DNA of 64,000 nt. Source: an uncultured Alphaproteobacteria bacterium (GTDB lineage Bacteria; Pseudomonadota; Alphaproteobacteria; Rs-D84). Below are positions 1 to 8,127 of the stretch, one piece after another (the first letter of the stretch is position 1; each line of letters begins with the position of its first letter). The stretch is taken from the NCBI GenBank assembly GCA_944393245.1, contig CALXZM010000004.1, forward strand, positions 383 through 64,382, given 5' to 3'. The notes under the pieces are model-generated. The model worked only from the letters and a program-made list of their open reading frames with translations, did not search any database and was not told the origin of the DNA. Made by a program: the position numbers and the translations under genes.

Positions 1-2156
1 CTGCAACTACAGGGGGATCAGCGTTACCTGCAACAACGGGTGGCGGTTCAAATGTACCAGCGCCCACAGGTGGCGGATCTGGTGGTAATACTGGTGGCGG
101 TGGTGGTAAAGTAACAGGCAAGGGCGTGGGAAGCACCGTTGGGAAAGCACTGGGGGTCTTGGGCGGTGCCCTGATGGTTGTTGATGGTGCTGCAACTGTG
201 TCTGAATCTGTTGCAGGTACAGATAAAGCCACTTGGAAAGATGTCGGGCAGGGTGCCCTGGGTGGTGCAGAGGCCGCGGGTGGTGTCCTCATGTTTTCAA
301 GAGGAGGAAGTTGGCAGGTAGTGCTTGGCACATTGGCCGCAGGTGCAGTAATCGGTGCGGCTGGTGCGGGTGCAGAAATGTTTTCTGAAACCGATTGTGA
401 AATGGACCCTGTGTTAGGAATGTATGCGTGTTGCAATATTTCAAAGTTAAGTAATATTGATGCATATCGGGCTGAAATAGGCGACAGAATGTTTACCGAT
501 ACTTTCCCGTATGTACGTTACTGTGTACAGGGGAAAAAAGAATTCAAAGAAGAACAACCGTGGTTAAAGGGGCGTTTTTTGGATGACCACTGGTCTGCAA
601 ATACCGAGGTTGGTTTATGTCCAGGATATGATATGCCAGTAAATCCAGATATGAATATATCATTAATTGCTGCTGCTGTTGAAGGGGTTGGACACTGTTG
701 GGCGTGGGAATGTGCCGAACCGGGGCGTGTGCGCAGTGGTGGAACATGTATCGGCAGTGATGTTGCGGATGCCAGTGAAATGGGGCCGTTTTTGCCAGAA
801 AACTTTGAAGCGAATTCAAATCAAGATAGTGGCGGAAATACTGCTGATAATGTAATCGGCACAAATTGTAATGTCGCTGATTTACCACAATATGCAACGG
901 CTGGTACCTATATTAATAATGGCGTCGGTGTTGTATGCGCCGCAACGGCATGTCAAAGTGGAACTTATTTGGTTGTAAATGCATCCGGTGTATCACAGGG
1001 CTGGTGTGTTGCATCAACATATTGTAATAATAAACCAAATACGCATTTGAATATTATTGATGAAACAAAAACCGATTTGCAGTGCGTTTCAAATGATACT
1101 GGTAATGCACCGGTTGTTGCAAATGCGCCACAATCGGGTGACGAAAATCAACCTGATGTGTCGCCAAGTAATGATGAACCGGCGGCGGTAAATACTGATA
1201 CGCGCAACGAATGTGAACGTGGTGTCACAGGTTACGTTATGTTCGAAGGTGTTTGTATGCCAATCGCACAAATGCAACAAATTCAATCGCAACGTGCCGA
1301 ACAACAGGCCGCACAGCAAGCAGCACAAGAATTACAAAACTTGCAGTCGCGAATTGACAGATATGCAGAAACAATTATGGATATAGAGGACGCGCATGCC
1401 GATGATAAAGTGTCTGCATGGAAAAATGCAGAGGGTAAATTTAATACGTCGCGTTTGTTGTCTGATTCCATTGCTGGAATTGCGCTGGGGACTGTTGGCG
1501 GGCTGGTTGTGAACAAGGTTGTAAAAGATAAACATGTTGAAACCGGATTCGAAGAGATTGGCTGTGCCATAGATGATGAAAGGGTTGCTGATTTTGATGA
1601 TGTGTTCGTAATCAATGGCGCGGTTAATAAAAATGGGTGTGTTGGTAATAACACTGGGTACGGTAATGTATATGTGTGGGCGTCGCGTAACAGTGACGGC
1701 AGTGATTATACACGTATGGTCGAAGACGTTTCCAATCCGGCAAATAATGCATGTTGGGTGCGTGTTGATATAGAATCTGATAACCCGAATATTCGTGTGT
1801 CTGATGTGCCGTCACGTTGGTTTATTGTCGGACAACAAATTACATGTGGTAATTGGGCCGACAGAAACACTTTGCGGCAACGTGCGTTGGATGCACGAAA
1901 ATCTGGACGCACGTGGGCAACTGTTGGTGGGGCCGTCGGTGGCGCGGGCGTCGGCGTTGGAATAATGGAATTGTTTGGTAATCGCCTGATAGGGGGCAAG
2001 GTTATGGGACAAAAGGCACTGGACGAAGTGGAATTGCTGTATTCGCAAATGTCTGAATCAGAACGGCGCGAATATGCAAATGCTGTTGAAAAACTAGATG
2101 AATTGTGCAGTGAATTGCATGCCAGGGGTGGTTTCCATTCTGCGTGTGGCGATTGA
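1..2156 (+). CDS. Family A secreted protein, 5'-partial (gene runs off the window start). Gly-rich repeats, a Gly/Ala-rich hydrophobic glycine-zipper-like segment, then a Cys-rich module and a long C-terminal region
   Basis: The reading frame is open from position 3 (ATTGGSALPATTGGS...) up to the first Met at 126, so the N-terminus lies outside the window. The motif FSETDCEMDPVLGMYACCN...GDRMF...CVQGKK and a CWAWEC..SGGTC motif match the 402-aa protein at 44723-45931 (FSETDCLYDPVTGAFTCCN...GDYMF...CLQGKK; CWNWGC..SGNTC). There is an intrinsic terminator just downstream. Confidence 0.6.
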   Translation, partial: ATTGGSALPATTGGGSNVPAPTGGGSGGNTGGGGGKVTGKGVGSTVGKALGVLGGALMVVDGAATVSESVAGTDKATWKDVGQGALGGAEAAGGVLMFSRGGSWQVVLGTLAAGAVIGAAGAGAEMFSETDCEMDPVLGMYACCNISKLSNIDAYRAEIGDRMFTDTFPYVRYCVQGKKEFKEEQPWLKGRFLDDHWSANTEVGLCPGYDMPVNPDMNISLIAAAVEGVGHCWAWECAEPGRVRSGGTCIGSDVADASEMGPFLPENFEANSNQDSGGNTADNVIGTNCNVADLPQYATAGTYINNGVGVVCAATACQSGTYLVVNASGVSQGWCVASTYCNNKPNTHLNIIDETKTDLQCVSNDTGNAPVVANAPQSGDENQPDVSPSNDEPAAVNTDTRNECERGVTGYVMFEGVCMPIAQMQQIQSQRAEQQAAQQAAQELQNLQSRIDRYAETIMDIEDAHADDKVSAWKNAEGKFNTSRLLSDSIAGIALGTVGGLVVNKVVKDKHVETGFEEIGCAIDDERVADFDDVFVINGAVNKNGCVGNNTGYGNVYVWASRNSDGSDYTRMVEDVSNPANNACWVRVDIESDNPNIRVSDVPSRWFIVGQQITCGNWADRNTLRQRALDARKSGRTWATVGGAVGGAGVGVGIMELFGNRLIGGKVMGQKALDEVELLYSQMSESERREYANAVEKLDELCSELHARGGFHSACGD

Positions 2157-2185
2157 ATTGGACAATTGACAGATTAACAAATTAA

Positions 2186-2210
2186 CGGGGCTGTTTATGC
2201 CCCGTTTTTA
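2186..2210 (+). terminator. Rho-independent terminator after the Family A gene
   Basis: GC hairpin cggggctgtttatgccccg followed by a T run. Confidence 0.5.
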
Positions 2211-2222
2211 TATGGTGAAAAT

Positions 2223-2453
2223 ATGAAAATTTATATTTTTTTGTTCTTTGTTTTTATCGTCGTGGTGGCGGGTGCGTACTGGGCGGGGGAACGCGTGGCA
2301 ATGCAAAAATGTAATACGCGTGTCGCATCAGTTGCCGTCAAAAAAAACCAGGAAATTATAAAAACGATGGGGGTGATAAATGAGAAAACTTTTAATACCG
2401 GTGTGCGTGATATTCGTCGCGTCCTGTGCGAAAAATACACCATTGCCGAATAA
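2223..2453 (+). CDS. Small hypothetical protein with an N-terminal hydrophobic (signal/TM) segment
   Basis: ORF of 76 aa. MKIYIFLFFVFIVVVAGAYWA is hydrophobic. GGTGA lies 5 nt before the ATG. It overlaps the next small ORF by 74 nt, so the extent is uncertain. Confidence 0.3.
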   Translation: MKIYIFLFFVFIVVVAGAYWAGERVAMQKCNTRVASVAVKKNQEIIKTMGVINEKTFNTGVRDIRRVLCEKYTIAE

Positions 2454-2574
2454 TACGTGTCCGCCGTGTGTGCCGATTTATGGGCGCGCCAATGACTGGG
2501 ACGTTATCAGCGATGATTTGGCGCGCAATATTTATCGGCATAATTTGATGTGCGCGGAAATAAATGGTGATTGA
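2380..2574 (+). CDS. Small putative lipoprotein
   Basis: 64 aa. MRKLLIPVCVIFVASC contains a lipobox (VAS-C). A strong GGGGGTGA Shine-Dalgarno sits upstream. Several Cys residues. Confidence 0.3.
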   Translation: MRKLLIPVCVIFVASCAKNTPLPNNTCPPCVPIYGRANDWDVISDDLARNIYRHNLMCAEINGD

Positions 2575-2586
2575 TTGTAAAGAATA

Positions 2587-3432
2587 TTATTCTTCGTCCA
2601 GCGCAATGCCGACCAATTTACGTACAATTTCCGCACTTTGCGAATCGCCATTTGGGGCGTATTCCACGAATTCAAAACTGTGTGCGTCGGGGGCAAATGC
2701 GCGTACAAAATATTCGGCAGCATCGGTACTGATTCCGTTTGGTTCTGGTACCAGAACGTCGCGGAATATTTGCGGATCAATCGCATCAAAATCAAATGAT
2801 ACAACGTATGGACGGGTGCCGATTTTGCGCTTTATTTCATCCACCGCGTGCGTATATGCGTCCGTGGTTGATAATTCCGATGCAGAACGTGTGTAAATAT
2901 TTTTGCGACGTACAAAATTTATTTCCGATGGTTCATATGAACGGGCGCCCAGATAAAATACATTTTCCGGGCGCAGGGCGGGGCGACGCAGTTGCAAACC
3001 CAACCAACGTTCATCGCCATCACCCAACAGGGCGCGAACATTGGTGCCATGGGGGGCACCGGATGCCTCTGCCTGGGATGATTCTGGGGTATGAATATCC
3101 AAATGCGCGTCAATGTAAACCAGGCATAAATCTTCGTCCTGAATACGGTTGGCCAATGCGCTGAAATGACCAAAATTGACGGAATGGTCCCCACCAATCA
3201 TTACATGGCGTTCAAACGGTGTGGCGGCCACAATTTTCTTTTGTATCTGAAAGCAATCACCAAACCTGTCGGTGGCGCATAATTCTGCATTATATGGATC
3301 GGCAATAATGGTTGTCCAATCTGCATCAGGATACATTGTCTTTACCGCCGCCGGTGCCAGTGCCGGCCCGCCATTTGTCACAATGTGTGCCGTTGCGCTG
3401 CGACCGTATTCAATGCCCATTATTGTTTTCAT
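2587..3432 (-). CDS. Arginase/agmatinase-family ureohydrolase
   Basis: Motifs GGDHSVNFG, YIDAHLDIHT and VSFDFDAIDP are the binuclear-Mn ureohydrolase signature. Probable start is MKTIMGIEYG. The gene abuts the stop of the upstream secreted-protein gene. Confidence 0.75.
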   Translation of the reverse strand: MKTIMGIEYGRSATAHIVTNGGPALAPAAVKTMYPDADWTTIIADPYNAELCATDRFGDCFQIQKKIVAATPFERHVMIGGDHSVNFGHFSALANRIQDEDLCLVYIDAHLDIHTPESSQAEASGAPHGTNVRALLGDGDERWLGLQLRRPALRPENVFYLGARSYEPSEINFVRRKNIYTRSASELSTTDAYTHAVDEIKRKIGTRPYVVSFDFDAIDPQIFRDVLVPEPNGISTDAAEYFVRAFAPDAHSFEFVEYAPNGDSQSAEIVRKLVGIALDEE

Positions 3433-4535
3433 TTGTATGCCTCCACAACGCTTTCTGCGACGTTTTGTAATTGTTGTAATGAATTTTCGTATGCGGCACA
3501 ATCGCGCGCAATATCAGAACGATATGCGTCCCGCATATTTGTTTGCATATATGCACAGCCAGTTAAATGTTGTACGCAATATTGATGCCCGATGGCAAAT
3601 GCCTGTTGGCCACGGACCTGGCTTTCTGTGCTGGACCAATCAATATTTAATGCGTCATCCAGATTTTTCCACGAATTTTCACCAGTGTATTTACCAATGG
3701 TTTCCATCCAATATTCGTTCATTTCCTCTTCGGTCCAATGGCTTTTGTTTTGCAGGGTTAATATTTCCTTTATCAAACGGTCAATTTCTGGTTTGTATTT
3801 TGCGTCAATTTGGGCCAAGTGCGCACTGCAATAACAACGATTGTATTCTGTATTTTCGCGTTGACAATATGAATTCATACAATCAACATAATCCGCCATG
3901 CAACGCGCCGAAGATACCGCTTCACCCGTAGATGTGTATACCGCAGTGGATGATTGACGTGCCGTTGATACATTGCCGTCTGCACGTGATGTACGCATAA
4001 TACCGGTTTGCATTGCCGTTGTGCCAGTGGATGTGCCGGCACGTGCAATAACGCGTCGGGTGCCAGATGCGCTTTGTGCGGATAATGATGATGTTGCGCG
4101 ACGTGCGGTTGTGCGGCCACCATTTGTCGCGGCACGGGCCGTGGACGTGCCGGTTGATGTCGCGCGTCGTTGTGATACGCCACGTGTTGCCGAACGTGCG
4201 TTTTGGGCCGCTGTATTTGATGTTGGGGTCGTGCGTGCCGATGATGTGATTGCCGCACGGGCGTTGGTGTTTGTGGTTGTGGCGCGCCGCGGAACAACGG
4301 TTCGCGTGGATGAATTTGTTGTGTTTGTACGTGTCAGTACATTTATTTGTGCGTTGGCCTGGGATGGACTGACCCCCGGATTCAGGTTTGTACGCATGGT
4401 GTTGTTCATATAAGGATACAGATTGTTGTACGCATTTGCACTGACGTAATCAGACGGGCGTGTTGTGGCCAATGCCGCGCCAGATGTGATTGCCAGTGTC
4501 GTACAGATTACAAAAAGTATAAATTTCCTTGCCAT
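3429..4535 (-). CDS. Family B secreted protein: signal peptide, basic T/S/A/R-rich low-complexity region, C-terminal Cys-motif domain
   Basis: MARKFILFVICTTLAITSGAALA is a Sec signal. About 170 aa are low-complexity (TTARRATSS, ARTTPTSNTA...). The module CMADYVDCMNSYCQRENTEYNRCYCS aligns to CKSAYFTCMDQFCQLKNDDYRRCSCS in the 913-aa protein at 36851-39592. Confidence 0.6.
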   Translation of the reverse strand: MARKFILFVICTTLAITSGAALATTRPSDYVSANAYNNLYPYMNNTMRTNLNPGVSPSQANAQINVLTRTNTTNSSTRTVVPRRATTTNTNARAAITSSARTTPTSNTAAQNARSATRGVSQRRATSTGTSTARAATNGGRTTARRATSSLSAQSASGTRRVIARAGTSTGTTAMQTGIMRTSRADGNVSTARQSSTAVYTSTGEAVSSARCMADYVDCMNSYCQRENTEYNRCYCSAHLAQIDAKYKPEIDRLIKEILTLQNKSHWTEEEMNEYWMETIGKYTGENSWKNLDDALNIDWSSTESQVRGQQAFAIGHQYCVQHLTGCAYMQTNMRDAYRSDIARDCAAYENSLQQLQNVAESVVEAYK

Positions 4536-4630
4536 TATTTATATTGTAAAAACTTTATCATATTCAGACAAGCATAAAATACATATAAAATTTGCATTTG
4601 TAAAAAATACTGATATAATGGGGTTCGTTT

Positions 4631-4707
4631 CGGGGCGTAGCTCAGTCTGGTAGAGTGCTTGCTTTGGGAGCAAGATGTCGAAGGTTCGAATCCTTTCGCC
4701 CCGACCA
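4631..4707 (+). tRNA. tRNA-Pro (anticodon TGG)
   Basis: Cloverleaf with acceptor cggggcg/cgccccg, anticodon loop tTTGGga, T-arm ggttcgaatcc and an encoded CCA. Confidence 0.85.
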
Positions 4708-4856
4708 GAAAATTCAAACCGTCGCAAATGCGGCGGTTTTAATTTTCTGGGTGGCCCGTGCGGATTCAAACGACAAACAGCGGTTTGTCGGGCTTCGAAT
4801 CTTTCACTCGATTTATCGTCAAAAGACGATAAATCTGCGTGTATCATCGTATTTAT

Positions 4857-4968
4857 GCGAACTGCGCTGACGCTTGTTCTTATATACTCGGATTCCCTCG
4901 GCTTATGCCTGTGGGTATCCTCGTAGTTATTCGAACGGCGCTGACGCTTGTTCTCATATACTCGGATT
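4857..4968. repeat. Two ~38-bp direct repeats (period about 73 bp) downstream of tRNA-Pro(TGG). A degenerate copy of the tRNA T-arm/3' end (gggcttcgaatctttc) lies at about 4785-4805.
   Basis: gcgctgacgcttgttcttatatactcggattc and gcgctgacgcttgttctcatatactcggattc. Hairpins cgacaaacagcggtttgtcg and ttatcgtcaaaagacgataa lie upstream. Confidence 0.5.
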
Positions 4969-5169
4969 CGCCGCGATTAAAATATGCTGGCAAGGCCGAA
5001 AACGCGGGATTTTATATTCAAAAATGCACGGTATGTGTTTTTACAATTGCCAAATCCGCCCAAATCTCAGATATGACATTTTATGACAGTCAATTTGAGA
5101 TGTAGGGCGTTTTTGAGTTGACAAATGTACGTATTTGTAATAGTTTTTTTTGAAAAAAGAGGTAAAAAT

Positions 5170-5466
5170 ATGGGATTCACGCAGGAAAAGAAAATAAATA
5201 CGGATGTTTGCGATTTTTGTACGGGGTGTGAAGAACATTGTAAGTTCGGTTTTGATGTCTATTATGATGAAGATGAAAAAAGGGTGGCTTGCCCAACCAT
5301 AGGTGGTGAACAAATAAAAGAGTTTTTATGTAAAGATGGTACGTGGAAAATATCTGAAAAAGAAGAAAATTGCGTTTCTACGTATGAGTTAAACCGATTC
5401 CACAGCGAGATGATGCGTGCAGCACGTAAAATAGCGACACTTTGTGATAAATATAAAGCGCGGTAA
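5170..5466 (+). CDS. Small Cys-rich hypothetical protein
   Basis: MGFTQEKKINTDVCDFCTGCEEHCKF... has 8 Cys in about 98 aa. AGAGG lies upstream. The ORF is AT-rich. Confidence 0.35.
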   Translation: MGFTQEKKINTDVCDFCTGCEEHCKFGFDVYYDEDEKRVACPTIGGEQIKEFLCKDGTWKISEKEENCVSTYELNRFHSEMMRAARKIATLCDKYKAR

Positions 5467-5499
5467 GATAGGTTTCGTAATTTTAATTTTTATGTAAGG

Positions 5500-5847
5500 C
5501 TATCTAATAATCTCGTGTTTGAACCATTGTTCTTGGAATTTAGTTTTTTGTTCTATAAATTGGTTCGTTATTTTTAAGCCGTCCGGAACAACTATCAGTT
5601 TATCATCGTTATCGTTTGTACGGCGAATGATTGCTATACAACGTCCTGTGAATTCTTTTAGTGGTTTGTCTATGCCTAAAACATATGCGTCAAGCTCTTC
5701 GCCGTCACCAGAAACTGTGTTTGGAATATAGCCATAGTTTACTTCGTACACAAATCCATGCTTTGGGTGCTTTGTACCCAATGGTCTGTCCATGACGACA
5801 GATACAATTTTGTTCAGATAGTCAGAGGGGTTGGTCTGTTGCGGCAT
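5500..5847 (-). CDS. Truncated inorganic-pyrophosphatase-fold protein (family I PPase homolog lacking the N-terminal ~50 residues)
   Basis: YEVNYGYIPNTVSGDGEELDAYVLG..GRCIAIIRRTNDNDDKLIVVP is colinear with E. coli PPase [48 protein letters not shown]. It is only about 115 aa. Confidence 0.5.
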   Translation of the reverse strand: MPQQTNPSDYLNKIVSVVMDRPLGTKHPKHGFVYEVNYGYIPNTVSGDGEELDAYVLGIDKPLKEFTGRCIAIIRRTNDNDDKLIVVPDGLKITNQFIEQKTKFQEQWFKHEIIR

Positions 5848-6211
5848 GTTGGGGCTCCTTTTTTCGAAAAGTATCACATATCGCCCAAAAAACAATGTAA
5901 AAATGGTTTCGCTGTTAGCTTATCAAATTCCCTGATGTTTGTTGATAATTCCCTGATATGTTCCAAAAAAATCCCTGTTATTTTTGCGGGGAATTTTGAG
6001 GCGGGTGGGGTGTAAGTGCTTAGAAAACTGTGGGTTGGTTCTAGTGCAGGTTGTGTGAGTTTTGATCAAAATGTCCGTTTTTTGCAAAAAATCCCTGTTT
6101 TTCCCTGTTTCTTATTGTGTGGTGTTATGTGTTTTAGTCGATTTTGCGTGGTGAAAATAAATAGATTTTAACATATTTTTTTGTTATCCTTTTGGCAAAG
6201 AGTGCTGCTAA

Positions 6212-6787
6212 ATGAATATCTTACCAGATTATATAAAGGGTGAACGGGTGCAATTGCGCCGTTCTTTATCGTCGCATGCCAGTGCTGTGTGGCAATATGT
6301 CAAAGATAATCAAGATTTCTTTATGAAATGGCAGAATAGTTGTTGGAAAAGTGAAAAAGAAATTTTTGATTATTTTACCGAATTAAACAGTGATAAAAAC
6401 CGCAAAGATTTTTATTATACTATTTTTCTTGGTGACAGAATCATCGGTACTGTAAATTGTTGGGATGTCAGTACATGGCGAATGGCGTGCCAGTTAGGGT
6501 ACGAGATAAATCCAGAATATGCCGAACATGGTTATATGACAGAAGCGGTCAAACTTTTGGTAACAGAACTTATTAGAGCTGGGTTCGTTCGTATAAAAAT
6601 AGAATGTGCAACAGAAAATATTCCAAGTATGAAGTTGGCAGAAAAAGTGGGTTTTGTTTGTGAGGGCATAATGAAGAAAGATGTATTTATGAAATCGGTA
6701 AATCATTTCTGTGATACAGCGGTTTTTGCAATTGTTAATGAAGATAATGCAATAAAATTGGAAAAAAACAGGTCAAGTATTGTGTAA
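6212..6787 (+). CDS. GNAT-family N-acetyltransferase (RimJ/RimL-like)
   Basis: Size and motif layout fit the RimL/RimJ class: ...VNCWDVSTWRMACQLGYEINPEYAEHGYMTEAV... The gene is AT-rich. Confidence 0.7.
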   Translation: MNILPDYIKGERVQLRRSLSSHASAVWQYVKDNQDFFMKWQNSCWKSEKEIFDYFTELNSDKNRKDFYYTIFLGDRIIGTVNCWDVSTWRMACQLGYEINPEYAEHGYMTEAVKLLVTELIRAGFVRIKIECATENIPSMKLAEKVGFVCEGIMKKDVFMKSVNHFCDTAVFAIVNEDNAIKLEKNRSSIV

Positions 6788-6827
6788 AAATATTCTTTGA
6801 CAAGGTTGTATTAAATAAAATAACGAG

Positions 6828-8033
6828 ATGAAAATGTCTAATGCTGGTGCGTTGCTGATATTAAAATTATCTAGATTTTGTCTGTATTTTATGCCTTTGA
6901 TACCTGTTATTACATTGGTGTATTTGGGCAAGGGTGTTTCGTTGGCGGATTTCTTTTTAATTCAGGGAATTTTCAGAATAGCGGCGTTTTTGTTTGAAAT
7001 ACCCAGTGGTTATTTGGCCGACGTTTTTTCCAGAAAGAAAATTATGGTTTTGGCCGCACTTTTACAATTTTTGGGAATGCTTTTATTGATATGGGCCCAG
7101 GGATTTTGGGCTGTTGTGGTTTGTGAGTCACTTATGGGAATGGCCAGCGCACTACTTTCTGGTACTGGTGAAGCCTATGTGTATGACCTGTTAAAGCGAG
7201 ACGGTAAGGAAAATCAATATGTGAAAGAAAACGGTTCAATAAAGTCATTTGCGCAAGTGGGGACGTTTATTTCCATGGTCATAGGCGGGGTATTGTTGGC
7301 ACGGGGCGAGAATGTATTGTTGGGTGTAGAGGCGTTTGTAGTATTCTTTGGATTTTTGTTGATGCTGTTTTTGCCGGAAATCAAAGAAGTCAGGCGTAAA
7401 GTTGTACCAGAGGCAAGCCCACTGAAAGATTGTCTTGGTATAGTAAAGATGTCTGTGAAACATCCAGAAATAAAGTGGTTGATGTTGTTTCCCGCGATAT
7501 ATTCAACATTTACGATAGTATTATTATGGTTGTTGCAGCCGGCGATGGAGTTGGCTTTGGTTCCTGTTGCATTGTTTGGGGTGTTTTTTGCCATCAATCA
7601 GGGAAGCAGGGTATTGTTTTCCAAATTTGCACATAAAATTCTGAATGCTTTGGGTGCCAAAAAGTTATTGTTGGGTTGTGTTGGGGCGTTGGTGCTGGGG
7701 TTTGCTGCGGTGCTGTTGACGATAAATTCAAATGGGTTTATGATGCCACTGGTGTATGCAATATGTGGAATGGTTGCGATTATACCCGCTGTTCAGACGA
7801 TGTGTGTGTTGGTCTTTAATGATTATATACATCACAGAATTCAATCAAACGAGCGCGGCACAGTATTAAGTGTAAGTTCAATGTTTAATATGGGAATATC
7901 TGGTGTGGTGTTGATGGCGGCAAAGCCGTTGTTAAGTAATTTTGGTGTGGCGGCAACAACAATAATATTTTTAGTATTGGTGGTGTTTATTCTTATACCA
8001 CTGAACAAAGTATTTAAGATAAAAAATTTATAG
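6828..8033 (+). CDS. MFS transporter
   Basis: About 12 predicted TM helices and the MFS loop motif FSRKKIM after TM2. 401 aa. Confidence 0.7.
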   Translation: MKMSNAGALLILKLSRFCLYFMPLIPVITLVYLGKGVSLADFFLIQGIFRIAAFLFEIPSGYLADVFSRKKIMVLAALLQFLGMLLLIWAQGFWAVVVCESLMGMASALLSGTGEAYVYDLLKRDGKENQYVKENGSIKSFAQVGTFISMVIGGVLLARGENVLLGVEAFVVFFGFLLMLFLPEIKEVRRKVVPEASPLKDCLGIVKMSVKHPEIKWLMLFPAIYSTFTIVLLWLLQPAMELALVPVALFGVFFAINQGSRVLFSKFAHKILNALGAKKLLLGCVGALVLGFAAVLLTINSNGFMMPLVYAICGMVAIIPAVQTMCVLVFNDYIHHRIQSNERGTVLSVSSMFNMGISGVVLMAAKPLLSNFGVAATTIIFLVLVVFILIPLNKVFKIKNL

Positions 8034-8127
8034 TCGATTTCGGATTTTTGTGGGGCGGGGCGTTATAATGCTTGACAATTTTGTTGTTTTGTCTAGACTG
8101 TTTTTAGTATAAAAATATGGTGGTGTT

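Noticed and set aside
3272-3931. 219-aa plus-strand ORF and other plus-strand ORFs at 2739-4413
   Set aside because: They are antisense to the well-supported arginase-family and Family B genes. Their composition is that of the mirror-image low-complexity repeat, and there are no start signals.
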